Origin: Zancudomyces culisetae HAW-14-8
Lineage: Eukaryota > Fungi > Kickxellomycota
Length of the DNA stretch: 64,000 bases
Direction of reading: 5' to 3'
Assembly (NCBI GenBank): GCA_052426225.1
Contig: JBNJNM010000009.1
Span: forward strand, 496,001-560,000
Numbering within the stretch: position 1 is the stretch's first letter; each line of letters starts with the position of its first letter. A model generated the notes under the pieces. It was not told the DNA's origin, ran no database searches, and saw nothing but the letters and a program-made list of their open reading frames with translations. This document shows, piece after piece, positions 22,435 through 34,876 of this stretch. Both the position numbers and the translations under genes were made by a program.

Positions 22435-25400
22435 GGATTTCATGCTAATAAATTTTTAATAAAGTTAATAATTAATAATTCGATAGTTGTTAATGCACTA
22501 ATTGATTCAGGTGCATCAGAAAATTTTATTAGTTTAAACCTTGTAAAGCAACTAGACTTGCCCACTGTAGATCTATCAAGTCCGATACCTGTTGAAACTA
22601 TTGACGGAAAACCGCTCACAAATACAGGTATAAAATCAGTAGCCCGCAACATCAAGCTCAGTACCAAGGATAAATACCACTTTACCTCGGACCTATACGT
22701 GATACCCGCCACTCATGCCGAAATTGTATTAGGTCTCCCATGGTTACAAAAACATAACCCCGATATCAATTGGAAAAAGCTCACCCTGAAGACCAGGTCC
22801 TCCACATCTAAGACTGTAGCCGTTAACAATCTGAGCCTTGATCCTAACCGCAGAATTTCAAAAAATGATATCAAAAAACTAAGTCAGCTGATGGATGATA
22901 AATTAGTACTAGATGAAGAAAATATTGTTGACCGAATGAGCGTATCCGAATCAGATTACAGTATGGACTCAGAAGATAGAAGCCAAGATGATTCGGATGA
23001 TTATTCAGAAAGTGATACATCTTCTGACAGCGAATCCGATGATGACCTTGGAAGATTTTATGATACCCAACCAGAAGCAATACATTGGCAAAATATGGAC
23101 CCAAGCGATATATTACAGCACAACACTGAAGTACCCGTTTCTCACGTTCAGACACCACAAGTCCAAGTTTTAGAGACCAATCATGACCTTGAAGCCTACC
23201 AGCCAGATGACAGCCATGTATCCGCATACCATTCAGATTCAGACTCATCATATTCCGAACGCTCATTGACTTCCACCGTGACCTCTCCTCAGATCAGTTA
23301 TTATCAGCCTCAAGAGACATTTTTACCCCGTCTGGGACGACCCACACCAATGGTATCTTTACCACCTCCAGTAACTCGTATTCAAAGCTTGCCTATCCAA
23401 CCTGAAATTTCAAGTTCACCAGCTCCCAATATTTTACCCCAACAAGATTTGCCTCCGCCTGAACCCGTATCTACTGCAATTGACATAGGAATGCCTCTCC
23501 TGACTATTCCACAACAACCAAAAATTTATATTAAAAAGTCATCAAAAATACCAATAATCAAAAAAACTATAAGAAAAATAAAAACTAAACCAGTCAGAAA
23601 CCAAGTTCCAAATATTCCGCCATTACAGCCAATTCCTGAACAAAAATCTGCAGATACCAGTCACATTTCTGAAATTCCGCCTGAACATGCCTCTCTAGCC
23701 AAGGTATTTGACCTATCCCTAGCCACCAAACTCCCTCCTCGCAGATCATATGACTGCCAAATTGACATCAAAAAAGGATCCAAACCACCATGGGGCCCTA
23801 TTTACCCATTATCTGAAAGGGAACTCCAGACTCTTCGTGACTACATTACTGAAAACTTAGCAAATGGATTCATCAGAAAGTCCAAATCCTCTGCTGGTGC
23901 TCCAATCATGTTCGTTAAGAAGAAATCTGGTGACCTCCGCCTTTGTGTAGACTATCGTAAGCTCAACGATATGACTATGAAAAACAGATACCCTCTGCCC
24001 AGGATCGATGAAGCCTTTGATAGGCTTAGATCTGCCAAATATTTCACCAAACTAGATTTGAAAGGTGCTTATAATCTAGTCAGGATCAGGAAGGGGGACG
24101 AATGGAAGACCGCGTTCAGATGCCGCTATGGACATTTTGAATACAATGTCATGCCTTTTGGCTTGACAAATGCGCCCGCGACCTTCCAACATTTCATCAA
24201 TGATGTTCTAAGAGATGTGCTTGATCGTTACGCCATCGCTTACCTTGATGACATTCTGATATTTTCCGACAATTTTCAGGACCACATCTTTCATGTCAAT
24301 AAAGTCTTGAACAAACTACTGTACAATGGATTGTACTGCAACTTGGAAAAATGCGAATTCCATAAGCAGGAAGTGGATTTCTTATGCCATCGCGTCACTT
24401 CAAATGGAATCAGTACCGATCCCGCCAAGATCCAGTCAATCCACAAATGGAAAGTTCCCAAGGATTGTAAGGACATTCAGTCAGTCCTTGGATTCGCCAA
24501 CTATTACCGGAAATTCATTCCTGAATATGCCCAGATTACGTTGCCGATGACCAATCTGCTGAAGAAAGACATCAAGTTCATTTGGGGTCCTGATCAGCAA
24601 AAGTCATATGACACCCTGAAAACCATGCTTACGACTTCACCCGTGTTACAGTATCCTGACCCCGGTAAGCAGTTCATAGTGGAGACAGACGCCTCAGACT
24701 ATGCCATTGGTGCAATTCTGTCTCAAGCTGATGAGAAAGGTGACTTCCGCCCCTGCGCTTATTACTCTTACAAGCTCAAGGCAGCAGAACTAAACTACAA
24801 TGTTTATGATAAGGAGCTATTAGGAATAGTAAAGGCTCTTAAGGAATGGAGACATTACTTGGAAGGCGCTCGACACCAGTTCATTGTTCTAACAGACCAC
24901 AAGAACCTGGAGACTTTCAAAACCAAAAAGGTACTCAATAGGCGCCACGCAAGATGGTCATTGGAGTTCAGCAGATACGACTTTGTGATCACCTATAGGC
25001 CTGGAAAGCTTGGTGGAAAGCCTGACATTTTATCGCGTTACTTGGATCATGACCGCGCCTTACAAGACAAAACAATACTCCCAGCCTCAGTTTTTATCGA
25101 CAGTCTAATAACCACCAATCCGTTTCTCCTAGATGATCTCGTCCTACAAACACAAAACGAGCGAATAGAATTAACTAAAAGGGCAGAAACAGAAGCAGCT
25201 AAAAAACATCTCGCTGTAGGATCAACACCAGACAATCTCATTACTCTGGGAGATTTAGTAGTGGTACCTAAAGCATCAGTGTTTAAAGTGATCAGTTCAA
25301 GGCATGATAGCAGGTTAACAGGCCACTATGGATACAAAAAGACAGTAGAACTACTAAAAAGAGACTTCTGGTTCCCACATATGCATCGTTCAGTCAAGGA

Positions 25401-26547
25401 ATTCATCGCAGGTTGTGACAGATGCAACAGATCTAAGACATCAAGGAAGAAAAAGCAAGGACTTCTTCAGCCATTACCTGCTCCTGATTCGCCATGGAAA
25501 TCTATCTCAATGGATTTCATCACAGAGTTACCCCCTTCAAAAGGGAACACTACAATTTTAGTGGTTGTAGATCGGTTCAGTAAAATGAGCCATTTTATAC
25601 CACTAAAGAAGCTCCCTTTTTCTGTAGAAACCGCCGAGCTCATCTTGAATAATATCATTAGACTCCACGGTTTGCCTGAAGAGATCATCTCTGACCGTGG
25701 CCCCCAGTTTGCATCAAAGTTTTGGAATGCTCTTTTTAACACTTTAGGTGTAAAAATCAAGCTCTCAACAGCTTTCCACCCCGAAACTGATGGACAGACC
25801 GAAAGAGTCAATCAGACTCTGGAACAGGATCTCCGTTGTTTCTTGTCATACCAACAAGATAATTGGACAGACCTTCTTCCATTGGCAGAATTTGCCTACA
25901 ACAATTCTACTCACGAATCTACTGGATCATCCCCGTTCTTCATTAACTACGGATTTAACCCACGCTTTGATCCACCCTTAATCAAAAACCATGTTCTGCC
26001 TTCAGTTGAGGAAAGTATCAATCAAATCCACCAGATTTGGAAAGAAACTAATAAGCAAATCACTCTCGCTTCATCGGCCTTCAAGAAATCTGCCGACAGG
26101 AAAAGAAGAAAAAATCCTGAATATACTATAGGTGAAAAAGTTTGGCTTCTAACAAAAAATATTCAGACTACAAGGCCTAGTAAAAAACTTGAATATAAGA
26201 AAATTGGACCATTCAAAATTAAAGAAAAGCTTAGTGATTTAGTTTACAAACTTGACCTCCCCGCCTCTATGAAAATTCATCCAGTATTTCATGTTTCACT
26301 ATTGGATAAATACATACCGCTTATGAATTCTGTTCTTCCCGAACCTCCTGAACCAATAATCGTCAATAATGAACTAGAATACGAAATTGAAGAAATCCTG
26401 GACTCAAAAATCTTAAGAAATAAAAAATACTATTTAGTACATTGGAAAGGATACGACATCACCGAAAGAACTTGGGAGCCAATTGAAAACATATCCGCTG
26501 AGCGATTGCTGAAAGAATTTCATGAAAAATATCCTAACAAAATTTAA
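22435..26547 (+). CDS. Pol (protease-RT-RNase H-integrase-chromodomain) in the -1 frame to gag
   Basis: The frame opens after TAA at 22432 and includes ALIDSGA, YLDD, TDAS, integrase, GPF and the chromodomain YEIEEIL...YLVHWKGY...TWEP. Confidence 0.92.
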   Translation, partial: GFHANKFLIKLIINNSIVVNALIDSGASENFISLNLVKQLDLPTVDLSSPIPVETIDGKPLTNTGIKSVARNIKLSTKDKYHFTSDLYVIPATHAEIVLGLPWLQKHNPDINWKKLTLKTRSSTSKTVAVNNLSLDPNRRISKNDIKKLSQLMDDKLVLDEENIVDRMSVSESDYSMDSEDRSQDDSDDYSESDTSSDSESDDDLGRFYDTQPEAIHWQNMDPSDILQHNTEVPVSHVQTPQVQVLETNHDLEAYQPDDSHVSAYHSDSDSSYSERSLTSTVTSPQISYYQPQETFLPRLGRPTPMVSLPPPVTRIQSLPIQPEISSSPAPNILPQQDLPPPEPVSTAIDIGMPLLTIPQQPKIYIKKSSKIPIIKKTIRKIKTKPVRNQVPNIPPLQPIPEQKSADTSHISEIPPEHASLAKVFDLSLATKLPPRRSYDCQIDIKKGSKPPWGPIYPLSERELQTLRDYITENLANGFIRKSKSSAGAPIMFVKKKSGDLRLCVDYRKLNDMTMKNRYPLPRIDEAFDRLRSAKYFTKLDLKGAYNLVRIRKGDEWKTAFRCRYGHFEYNVMPFGLTNAPATFQHFINDVLRDVLDRYAIAYLDDILIFSDNFQDHIFHVNKVLNKLLYNGLYCNLEKCEFHKQEVDFLCHRVTSNGISTDPAKIQSIHKWKVPKDCKDIQSVLGFANYYRKFIPEYAQITLPMTNLLKKDIKFIWGPDQQKSYDTLKTMLTTSPVLQYPDPGKQFIVETDASDYAIGAILSQADEKGDFRPCAYYSYKLKAAELNYNVYDKELLGIVKALKEWRHYLEGARHQFIVLTDHKNLETFKTKKVLNRRHARWSLEFSRYDFVITYRPGKLGGKPDILSRYLDHDRALQDKTILPASVFIDSLITTNPFLLDDLVLQTQNERIELTKRAETEAAKKHLAVGSTPDNLITLGDLVVVPKASVFKVISSRHDSRLTGHYGYKKTVELLKRDFWFPHMHRSVKEFIAGCDRCNRSKTSRKKKQGLLQPLPAPDSPWKSISMDFITELPPSKGNTTILVVVDRFSKMSHFIPLKKLPFSVETAELILNNIIRLHGLPEEIISDRGPQFASKFWNALFNTLGVKIKLSTAFHPETDGQTERVNQTLEQDLRCFLSYQQDNWTDLLPLAEFAYNNSTHESTGSSPFFINYGFNPRFDPPLIKNHVLPSVEESINQIHQIWKETNKQITLASSAFKKSADRKRRKNPEYTIGEKVWLLTKNIQTTRPSKKLEYKKIGPFKIKEKLSDLVYKLDLPASMKIHPVFHVSLLDKYIPLMNSVLPEPPEPIIVNNELEYEIEEILDSKILRNKKYYLVHWKGYDITERTWEPIENISAERLLKEFHEKYPNKI

Positions 26548-27031
26548 GAAGTTTTGAAAAATTTAACTCAAAAAAAATAAAAAAAACTAACAAAAACAAA
26601 ATCAAATTAAAATCAAAATCAAAATTAAACAAAATTTGCCCATAACCGAAAAAACTTTTGAAAAAAAATTTCAAAATTGTCAAAATTTTTAAAAAAGTAT
26701 AAATTGTCAGAATGACATATCTCCACACTTTCCCCACATAAGTAAGATTATATTTGTCTCACAATATTATGGAGTTAATTTCAGACACATAGTATTGGTT
26801 ATAAATAACCACATATAAATTATATAAGATACTACACCATTAATTGTTATAGTAAATTTCATATATAACCCTAGCTAAAAGATTTTATCGCAAATCAGCG
26901 ATAAAATCATATTTCATAGTCCATAGTAATTTAAGCTTATAATATTAAAGTTACCCTTAATATATTCTTGACAGTATTTTATCGCTTGTAATTAACTTAA
27001 CTTTATTAAAATCAAGAACAGTTACATCACC

Positions 27032-27874
27032 ATGCCAAACAGCGACATCTCTGATGCAATGGAAGAACAACTTCCAATAATTGACAACCAAGATTTTAAT
27101 GTGATAACCGAGGAACTTAATAAGCTAAGATTAGAAAATGCAAGTTTGAAACAATACCTAACTATTACACCTACTAAGATTGCTCTACCAGAAAAATTTA
27201 ATGAAAATAGAACAGAGTACCGCGGATTTATCAATCAGTGCCAATTACTATTTTTAATGAACCCACAACAGTATTCAACTGATATATCAAAAGTCGGGCT
27301 TATTATTTCGCTTCTCACAAATGATGCACTGAATTGGGCATCACCAATAGTAGAGAAAAATAACCAATTATTATTGAATTATTCTCTATTTATTACTGAA
27401 ATGGCGAAAATGTTTGACGACCCCCAAAGATATAAGACAGCAGATATTGCAATTAGGAAACTGAAACAAGGTACCAATTCAGTAGCAACATATGCTTCAA
27501 ATTTCAGAAGAATAGCTATGGACCTATCTTGGAATGATCCCCCATTAATTTCCCAGTTCGAAGCAGGCCTTAATGAAGAAGTTATAGATGCTTTAACTCA
27601 ATTAGGACATATTAATACATTAGAATTATTCATTGAAGCAGCAATTAAAGCAGATATCAATATCATCATGAGAAAAGAGAAAAGAGATAATAGAAATAAA
27701 AACAACTATTATCCAACAATAACTCAACATAAAAAGGTAGTACAACCGGAAGAAAGAGATAGGAGACTAAAACTTGGATTATGCTTCTATTGTGGAAGTC
27801 AGGGCCATTTGGCACAACATTGTCCGGAAAAGATAAAGAAGGCAAGACAATCAAACCAACAGTTTCAGACCTAG
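27032..27874 (+). CDS. Gag
   Basis: LPEKF, LKQG and CFYCGSQGHLAQHC. Confidence 0.9.
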   Translation: MPNSDISDAMEEQLPIIDNQDFNVITEELNKLRLENASLKQYLTITPTKIALPEKFNENRTEYRGFINQCQLLFLMNPQQYSTDISKVGLIISLLTNDALNWASPIVEKNNQLLLNYSLFITEMAKMFDDPQRYKTADIAIRKLKQGTNSVATYASNFRRIAMDLSWNDPPLISQFEAGLNEEVIDALTQLGHINTLELFIEAAIKADINIIMRKEKRDNRNKNNYYPTITQHKKVVQPEERDRRLKLGLCFYCGSQGHLAQHCPEKIKKARQSNQQFQT

Positions 27875-30800
27875 GAGGAGTGGTAGATCTGAAACAACAT
27901 AAACAACTCTCTCCTAACAAATTATTATATTCAAATCTAGTTCACACTATATATACCACAATCACCAGTCAACCATCTCAACAACTAATAATCAATATCA
28001 CTTTAAGTATAGGTAAATTTAAATTAAAAACAAATTCAATGGTTGATACAGGAGCCACAGGATACTTCATGGATAGTCAGTTTGCCAAAAACAATAGGAT
28101 CCAAAATTATATTAAACAAATACCTACGAAAGTTGAATTTATCGATGGTTCTGAAAACCCTTCGGGACCTATAACTACTGAAACTCAAGTATTATCTTTA
28201 ACTATTAATAACCACCATGAATTTATCATTTTTGATCTTTTGCCTATTAAACACGCAAACATAATCTTGGGACTACCTTGGCTCTACGAACATAATCCCC
28301 TTATTGACTGGCGAGATTCTACTATTTTATTCAATGATATATATTGTAAAAGATACTGCTTATTAAAAAATAACAATTTATATAAAAATGACAAAATCGT
28401 AAACTCTAACATAAAAATAACAAAACAATATAACAACAAAAAAACTATAAAAGAACAGGAAAAGTTACAAAAAAAATACTATTCACCAAACACTCAAGAA
28501 ATATTTATAAATAATAACAACATCTCAATACCAACTTATAATGCAACAGTTTACAAGGATACTGAGACTAACTTAGAAAATTTAAATACTAAACAAAATA
28601 TCTATTTACCCAAAGATAACACTAAAGTCAATTCAACTGAAAATAGAAACAAAAATAACTTTAAGAACAAAATTGAAAATGTTAAAGACAATGGCATTTC
28701 CCCTCATACATCAAGCAACCTAAAAAGTACTATAAATAATCCAACTGAAAAAACAACCTCCAAATACGTATTAAATAAAAATACAACTACAGCTACTTAT
28801 ACAACAGAAAATAACACCACAGATTATAAAACTACAGACAATAAAACTACAGACAATAAAACTACAGACCATAAAACTACAGACCATAAAACTACAGACC
28901 ATAAAACTACAGACCATAAAACTACAGACCATAAAACTACAGACTATGAAACTACAGACTATGAAACTAACGAACAAAATTTTACTACTATGGACACAAA
29001 AAATATTGAAAATCCGGAACTGGACATCATAGAAATGAAAACCACAGCAAAAGCAGATACGAATGACACTACTAGAGACATTGAAATTATAGACAATAAA
29101 CCAAATGAGAAGGAAACTATAATAATTAATACTAATAATCAAGAGATTAGTCATCAAGAAGAAACCGAGAAAGAAACTATACATCCCAAAACTATAGATT
29201 ATAATAGTGAGGAACCCACATTAACCAATACAAAAAATCCAAATGTAGATATGGAAGATGTGGACATGGAAGATATAGAAAATAGTGAAGAATACCAGGA
29301 TGAAGTACCAATGATATACGAATTTTACCCAATTTGGGAAGAAAAAATGTATACAGATAACTATGAAAAAGATAAAATGTGTAGTCAATCCATTAGACTA
29401 ACTACTCCACCTCCAGCAATACCAATAGTACCTCAAAAAAGAAAATATTATACAGATGAATTAGAGTTACTGTCACCACTAAAGAAAAACAGATTTAATA
29501 TAGCCCACATAATCGGGATTATTCAAAACCCATCTATAGAATTCGAAAAAGAAATATTACCTCAAATTCCAAACGAATATATGGACTTAAAAACAGCATT
29601 TGACAAACAACTAGAAAACAAATTACCACCGCATAGGCCATATGATTGCCCAATAGAATTATTACCTAATTCAAGCCCCCCTTACAGACCCATATACTCA
29701 CTATCTCCAAAAAAATCGAAAACGCTAAATGAATATATCCAAGACAATCTTTCTAAAGGTTTTATCGAAAACTCCACTTCAGAAGCTGGTGCACCCGTAT
29801 TTTTTACATCCAAAAAAGATGGATCCCTTCGACTAGTAGTAGATTACAGAAAATTAAATCTAATTACTCGAAAAAATCGATATCCACTACCACTAATAAA
29901 TGAATTATTAGAGCGAGTACAAGGCGCTGAAATATTCACTAAATTAGATTTACGAGGCGCTTATAACCTCGTAAGAATTAAAACAGGCGATGAGTGGAAA
30001 ACGGCCTTTCGAACCCAATTCGGTCACTTCCAATATAATGTAATGCCATTTGGGTTGGCGAACGCTCCAGCAACATTCCAACATTTTGTGAACGATATTT
30101 TTAAGGATTTTATTAATATATTCATGGTAGTTTATTTGGACGATATTTTGATATTTTCAAAAAACAAAAACGAACATATTAACCATGTAAGGCTAGTCCT
30201 AAATAGACTTATCTAAAACAACCTATACGTAAAATTGGAGAAATGTGAATTTAATCAAAAACAAGTAGAATTTTTAGGATATATAGTTTCTAACGAAGGA
30301 CTACAAATGGACAATAAAAGAATTGAAACTATACAAAACTGGAAACCACCATCCACAGTAAAACAGATACAAATATTCCTAGGATTTTCAAATTTCTATC
30401 GACGATTTATAGAAAATTTTTCCAAGATCATAAGTCCAATTACAAGTTTATTGAAAAAGAACGCACAATTCATATGGACACAAGTACATCAATGTGCTTT
30501 TGACGAATTAAAAGCTAAATTTACGTCCGCACCTATATTAAAACACCCAATACCGGATAAACCTTTTATACTCGAATGTGACGCGTCAAATTATGCGATA
30601 GGTGCCGTACTATCTCAAAAACACGACAACATATTACACCCATGCTGCTATTACTCGAGAACACTAAACGACTCGAAAAAGAATTATCATATATTTGACA
30701 AAGAACTGTTGGCAGTTAAAGATTCTTTAGAACAATGGAGACACTTACTGGAGGGCGCATCTCATCCTGTTACAATTATGACAGACCATAAAAATTTAGA

Positions 30801-32444
30801 ATATTTTAAAGATGCTAAAATTTTAAACCAAAGACAGGCCAGATGGTCTCTATTTCTATCCAGATTTGATATTAATCTTATGTATAGACCAGGAGCTAAG
30901 AATGGAAAAGCAGACGCCTTGACCAGAAGAGAAGAACCCAAAGATAAAATATCACAATATAATACTGACCCTATAATGACCCCAAAAGCAATAATAGGAG
31001 CTATTCAAACCAACACAATTGATAAGGAAATTAATCTAGGATACACAACTGAAAACATTAATAAAATACTACTTGAAAATAAAGAACTGAAACTAAGGAT
31101 AGAAAACGGTCAAATCTTAAATCATGAAAATAAAATATTTGTACCAGAAAACGTGAGAAAACAAGTACTTGAAGAATTTCATGATACACCTCTAGCAGGA
31201 CATTTTGGCACAACTAAAACATACGAATGCATATCGAGGAAATATTGGTGGCCAAAGTTGAGAGAAACAGTAGAAAATTATATTAAAACATGCGAAACAT
31301 GCAACAGAAATAAATACCAAACATCAAAACCAAAAGGATTTCTAATGCCACTAGATACACCGGGAAAACCATGGGAATCAGTTTCACTTGATTTAATAAC
31401 AGACCTGCCTAAATCTTTAGGAAATACTACTATTTTGGATATAGTAGATCGCCTAACTAAAATGGCGCATTTTATAGCATGTAAAAAACTTCCAACATCT
31501 ATAGAAACGGCTAAATTATTTATAGACAACATCTTTAGGATACACGGAATGCCTAATTCAATTGTATCTGATCGTGGATCTCAGTTCGTATCACGATTCT
31601 GGAAAGACTTCTTTAAACTCTTGAATGTTAAAATAAACCTTTCAACAGCATATCATCCTCAAAGTGACGGGCAAACAGAGAGAATTAACTTAATATTAGA
31701 ACAATACCTAAGATGTTTTATAAATTATCAACAGGATAACTGGTCACAACTGCTGACCTTTGCTGAATTTGCATATAATAATTCATACCATAGTTCAACT
31801 AAATTAAGCCCGTTTTATGCTAATTACGGGTTCCATCCAAATTTAAATACAAACTCAATATCCAACTCTAATTTACCTAGTGCGCAAGACCTAATTATTC
31901 AGATTAAAGAAACACAGAAGTATTAAAAAATCAACTAGAGTAAGCTAAAAATAATTATAAATACCAAGCGGATAAAAAAAGAACAGATTATTATGAATAC
32001 AAACCAGGAATGAAAGTGTGGTTATCTAAAAAACACATACATTCAACAAGACCGTCTAAGAAATTAGATAATCTATTTATGGGACCATATGAAATAATAT
32101 CCATGATAAACCCTGTTGCTGCCAAATTAAAATTGCCTTATTCACTTAAAATACACCCTGTATTTCATATCTCATTACTTAAACCATATATTAAAGACTC
32201 CATAAGAAAGACTAAACTAAACCCACCACAAATTGAAATTTTAAACGGCATACCAGAATACATAGTAAACAGAATACTAGATAGTAAAAGAATACATGGT
32301 AAACTTAAATACCTAATCGATTGGGAAGGGTATCCCCCGGAAGAAAGATCATGGGAATATGAGGAAGATGTGCATGCACCTATCCTAACAAAAAGATTTC
32401 ATAAACAGTACCCTAACAAACCAAAACCCACACAAACAAGTTGA
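27781..32444 (+). pseudogene. Pol with chromodomain, interrupted by stops and a frameshift (30214, ~31924-31943)
   Basis: MVDTGA, YLDD, CDAS, integrase core, GPY and chromodomain YLIDWEGY..SWE. Confidence 0.9.
28816..28965 (+). repeat. 15-bp in-frame minisatellite, about 10 units encoding TTD[YNH][KE]
   Basis: aaaactacagaccat repeated. Confidence 0.95.
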
Positions 32445-34876
32445 GAAAGTCATTAAAGGAGAGTAATGTCAGAATGACATATCTCCACACTTTCCCCACA
32501 TAAGTAAGATTATATTTGTCTCACAATATTATGGAGTTAATTTCAGACACATAGTATTGGTTATAAATAACCACATATAAATTATATAAGATACTACACC
32601 ATTAATTGTTATAGTAAATTTCATATATAACCCTAGCTAAAAGATTTTATCGCAACTCAGCGATAAAATCATATTTCATAGTCCATAGTAATTTAAGCTT
32701 AAATTTTAAAGTTACCTTAATATATTCTTGACATAAATATGCCAACTTCCCCCTGACAAAATGAAAAATTAAAATCGAACCAACTCGCTTAAAAATAAAG
32801 AGAGTTTGCTGTAAGATCGTCAGGGAGAAGACGAATCAGCTGGTAAGAATGTGGGGTTATAGGCGGCCAATGTGCGCAAGCGCAAGCGAGCACCGGAGCC
32901 TCCCACCTCTTCTAAATTTCCATTAGGAAGCCGGTATTGATTCGCGAATTACCGAATGGTATGGCTCTCAACGTTAGCTTCGATAAATAAATTCAAGTCG
33001 AATATCCCTTCATTCGATTGTTATATATTTTTATATATAACAAAATATATATATAAAAAATAAAATAAATATAAAAAATATATATATATTAATTTAATAC
33101 AAAGTTTTTCTACTTGACTGGTAGTTTAAAAGAAAACTTTTAATACTTTTTTGGGAGGGGGATAATGTTATAGCCAATAATATTACTTCTTAATACCCAT
33201 AATTAATCTTCATATTTTATCTTATATTTAATCATTTCGTTTATGCTTCGTTGTAATTATCTAAGAATTACAACTTGTTTATTCAATAAATCTCGTTCTG
33301 TGACAGTAAAAACATATAATTTGTAATTCTAAGTAAGTATTATCCTTGATATCTAATAGAACATAGAGATTAACTTGTACCGATAATTGAGTGATTAGTT
33401 CACATTAATGTTAATGTGAACCAAAAACTCTACCAAACCTAAAGTATAATCTAATTACGATTAATGGATTAATTTTATTTGTTTTTTCTTTACTAATTTT
33501 AACCAATAAAACCTATCTAAAAGTAGCTTAATAAAATTGAACTAAAAAATATACTTAATAAACATAACTAAACTAAAACATAGTACAATTGTACTATACG
33601 ACAATGTTTGTTAGATTCAATTTATTAGAATTCTAACTGGTTCAACTAGAGGGGTGGTATCACTAGACTGGGTATTTCTCATTTAACTAGTTTTTTCTTT
33701 CTATTTATACATTTATGGAACCAGTACATTTATATGGGTCAAAATTTGAAATTTAGTTAAGATTCAAATTAACAATTTCTTATATACTAAATTTTACTAG
33801 GAAAACTAATAAAAATAATAACTATAAAATTACTCATAGTATGAAAAAGTTCATATTGCATACAACAGTCTAATTGTATTAGTTTTTATAGTATATGTAT
33901 GGGCACTTTTATCCATTGGGTTTTCCCCCATACATTTGCTTAATACTTAGTATAATTATCGTTTAATTTTATTAACGCATTTATACGTTGCAAAATAAAT
34001 CAATGTAATTAATCAATCGGATTATTACACTAAAACCACGAGTGTTTAACACAGGTAACGATGCTGTTTTGAGTGAACAGTTAACACTTTAATAATAATG
34101 GGGTAGACAAGATAAACAACGCATCAATTAATAATAATGTTTGAACAACAGATGACATGTTAATGATTTCAAAACAATGTTGACATACAGAAAAAATATT
34201 AAACCTCATCTTTACAAATCTTTTAAATAGAAGTATCATAATTTTTAAAACATCTTATTTCTTTGTAAAATAATATAACTTAAATAAATAAATGTTAACT
34301 AGTATATAAAGCAAATAATACTATAGTTGTGTTGTAGAAATATAAAACTCTAATGTTTGTTTATTGTATATCTATTTTATAAGTACAATTGTGTATTTTT
34401 TTTTTGATTAATCTAATATATCTTAAATTATATTAATTATATAAAAATTACTATATCTATTTTAATTAGGGCATTCTCACATACCCTGAAATATCTCGAT
34501 AATACAACTAAATGATATTTTACTTAATGACTAAAAATAATGATTGATAAATACCACAATGGGAACAATGTACAATCTTAGTTAACTAAACTAATATTAA
34601 TAAAACTCAATAATTAAACTACACATTACTATCGACGTATTAATATACGACGATTGTGTTGAATAATTACATGTTTAACGATCTACTGAGTATTAATATT
34701 TCTTAGTAACATACAGGACGGGAATTTTATAATTTGTTATTAGGGCTATTATTATTGTGAGAAAATAAATTTTATATTATTTATAACTAGAATATTTATA
34801 GCATAAATTAATACAATTTAAATTTACCAATAAAATACTAAGAAATCAAGTTTATAATTCCAATATATAATACAAT

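Larger units (their letters stand above)
26705..32733 (+). mobile_element. Second chromovirus nested in the 3' UTR of the first
   Basis: LTRs 26705-26973 and 32467-32733; TSD taaat; PPT aaaggagagtaa; self-complementary PBS. Confidence 0.95.
21270..33305 (+). mobile_element. Chromovirus (Tf1/sushi-like) LTR retrotransposon with 140-bp LTRs, containing a nested element
   Basis: LTRs 21270-21409 and 33166-33305; TSD gtaaa; PPT gggagggggataa; self-complementary PBS. Confidence 0.95.
412..34872. repeat. Head-to-tail stack of solo-LTR-like TG...CA modules and LTR elements upstream of tRNA-His
   Basis: Contiguous modules 412-634, 637-1124, 1129-1492, 1500-7011, 7014-7345, 7353-8123, 8126-13432, 13435-13899, 13906-14230, 14236-14655, 14656-14987 and onward, separated by only a few bp with chained 4-bp TSDs; the chain is less clean beyond about 15 kb. 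Confidence 0.85.
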
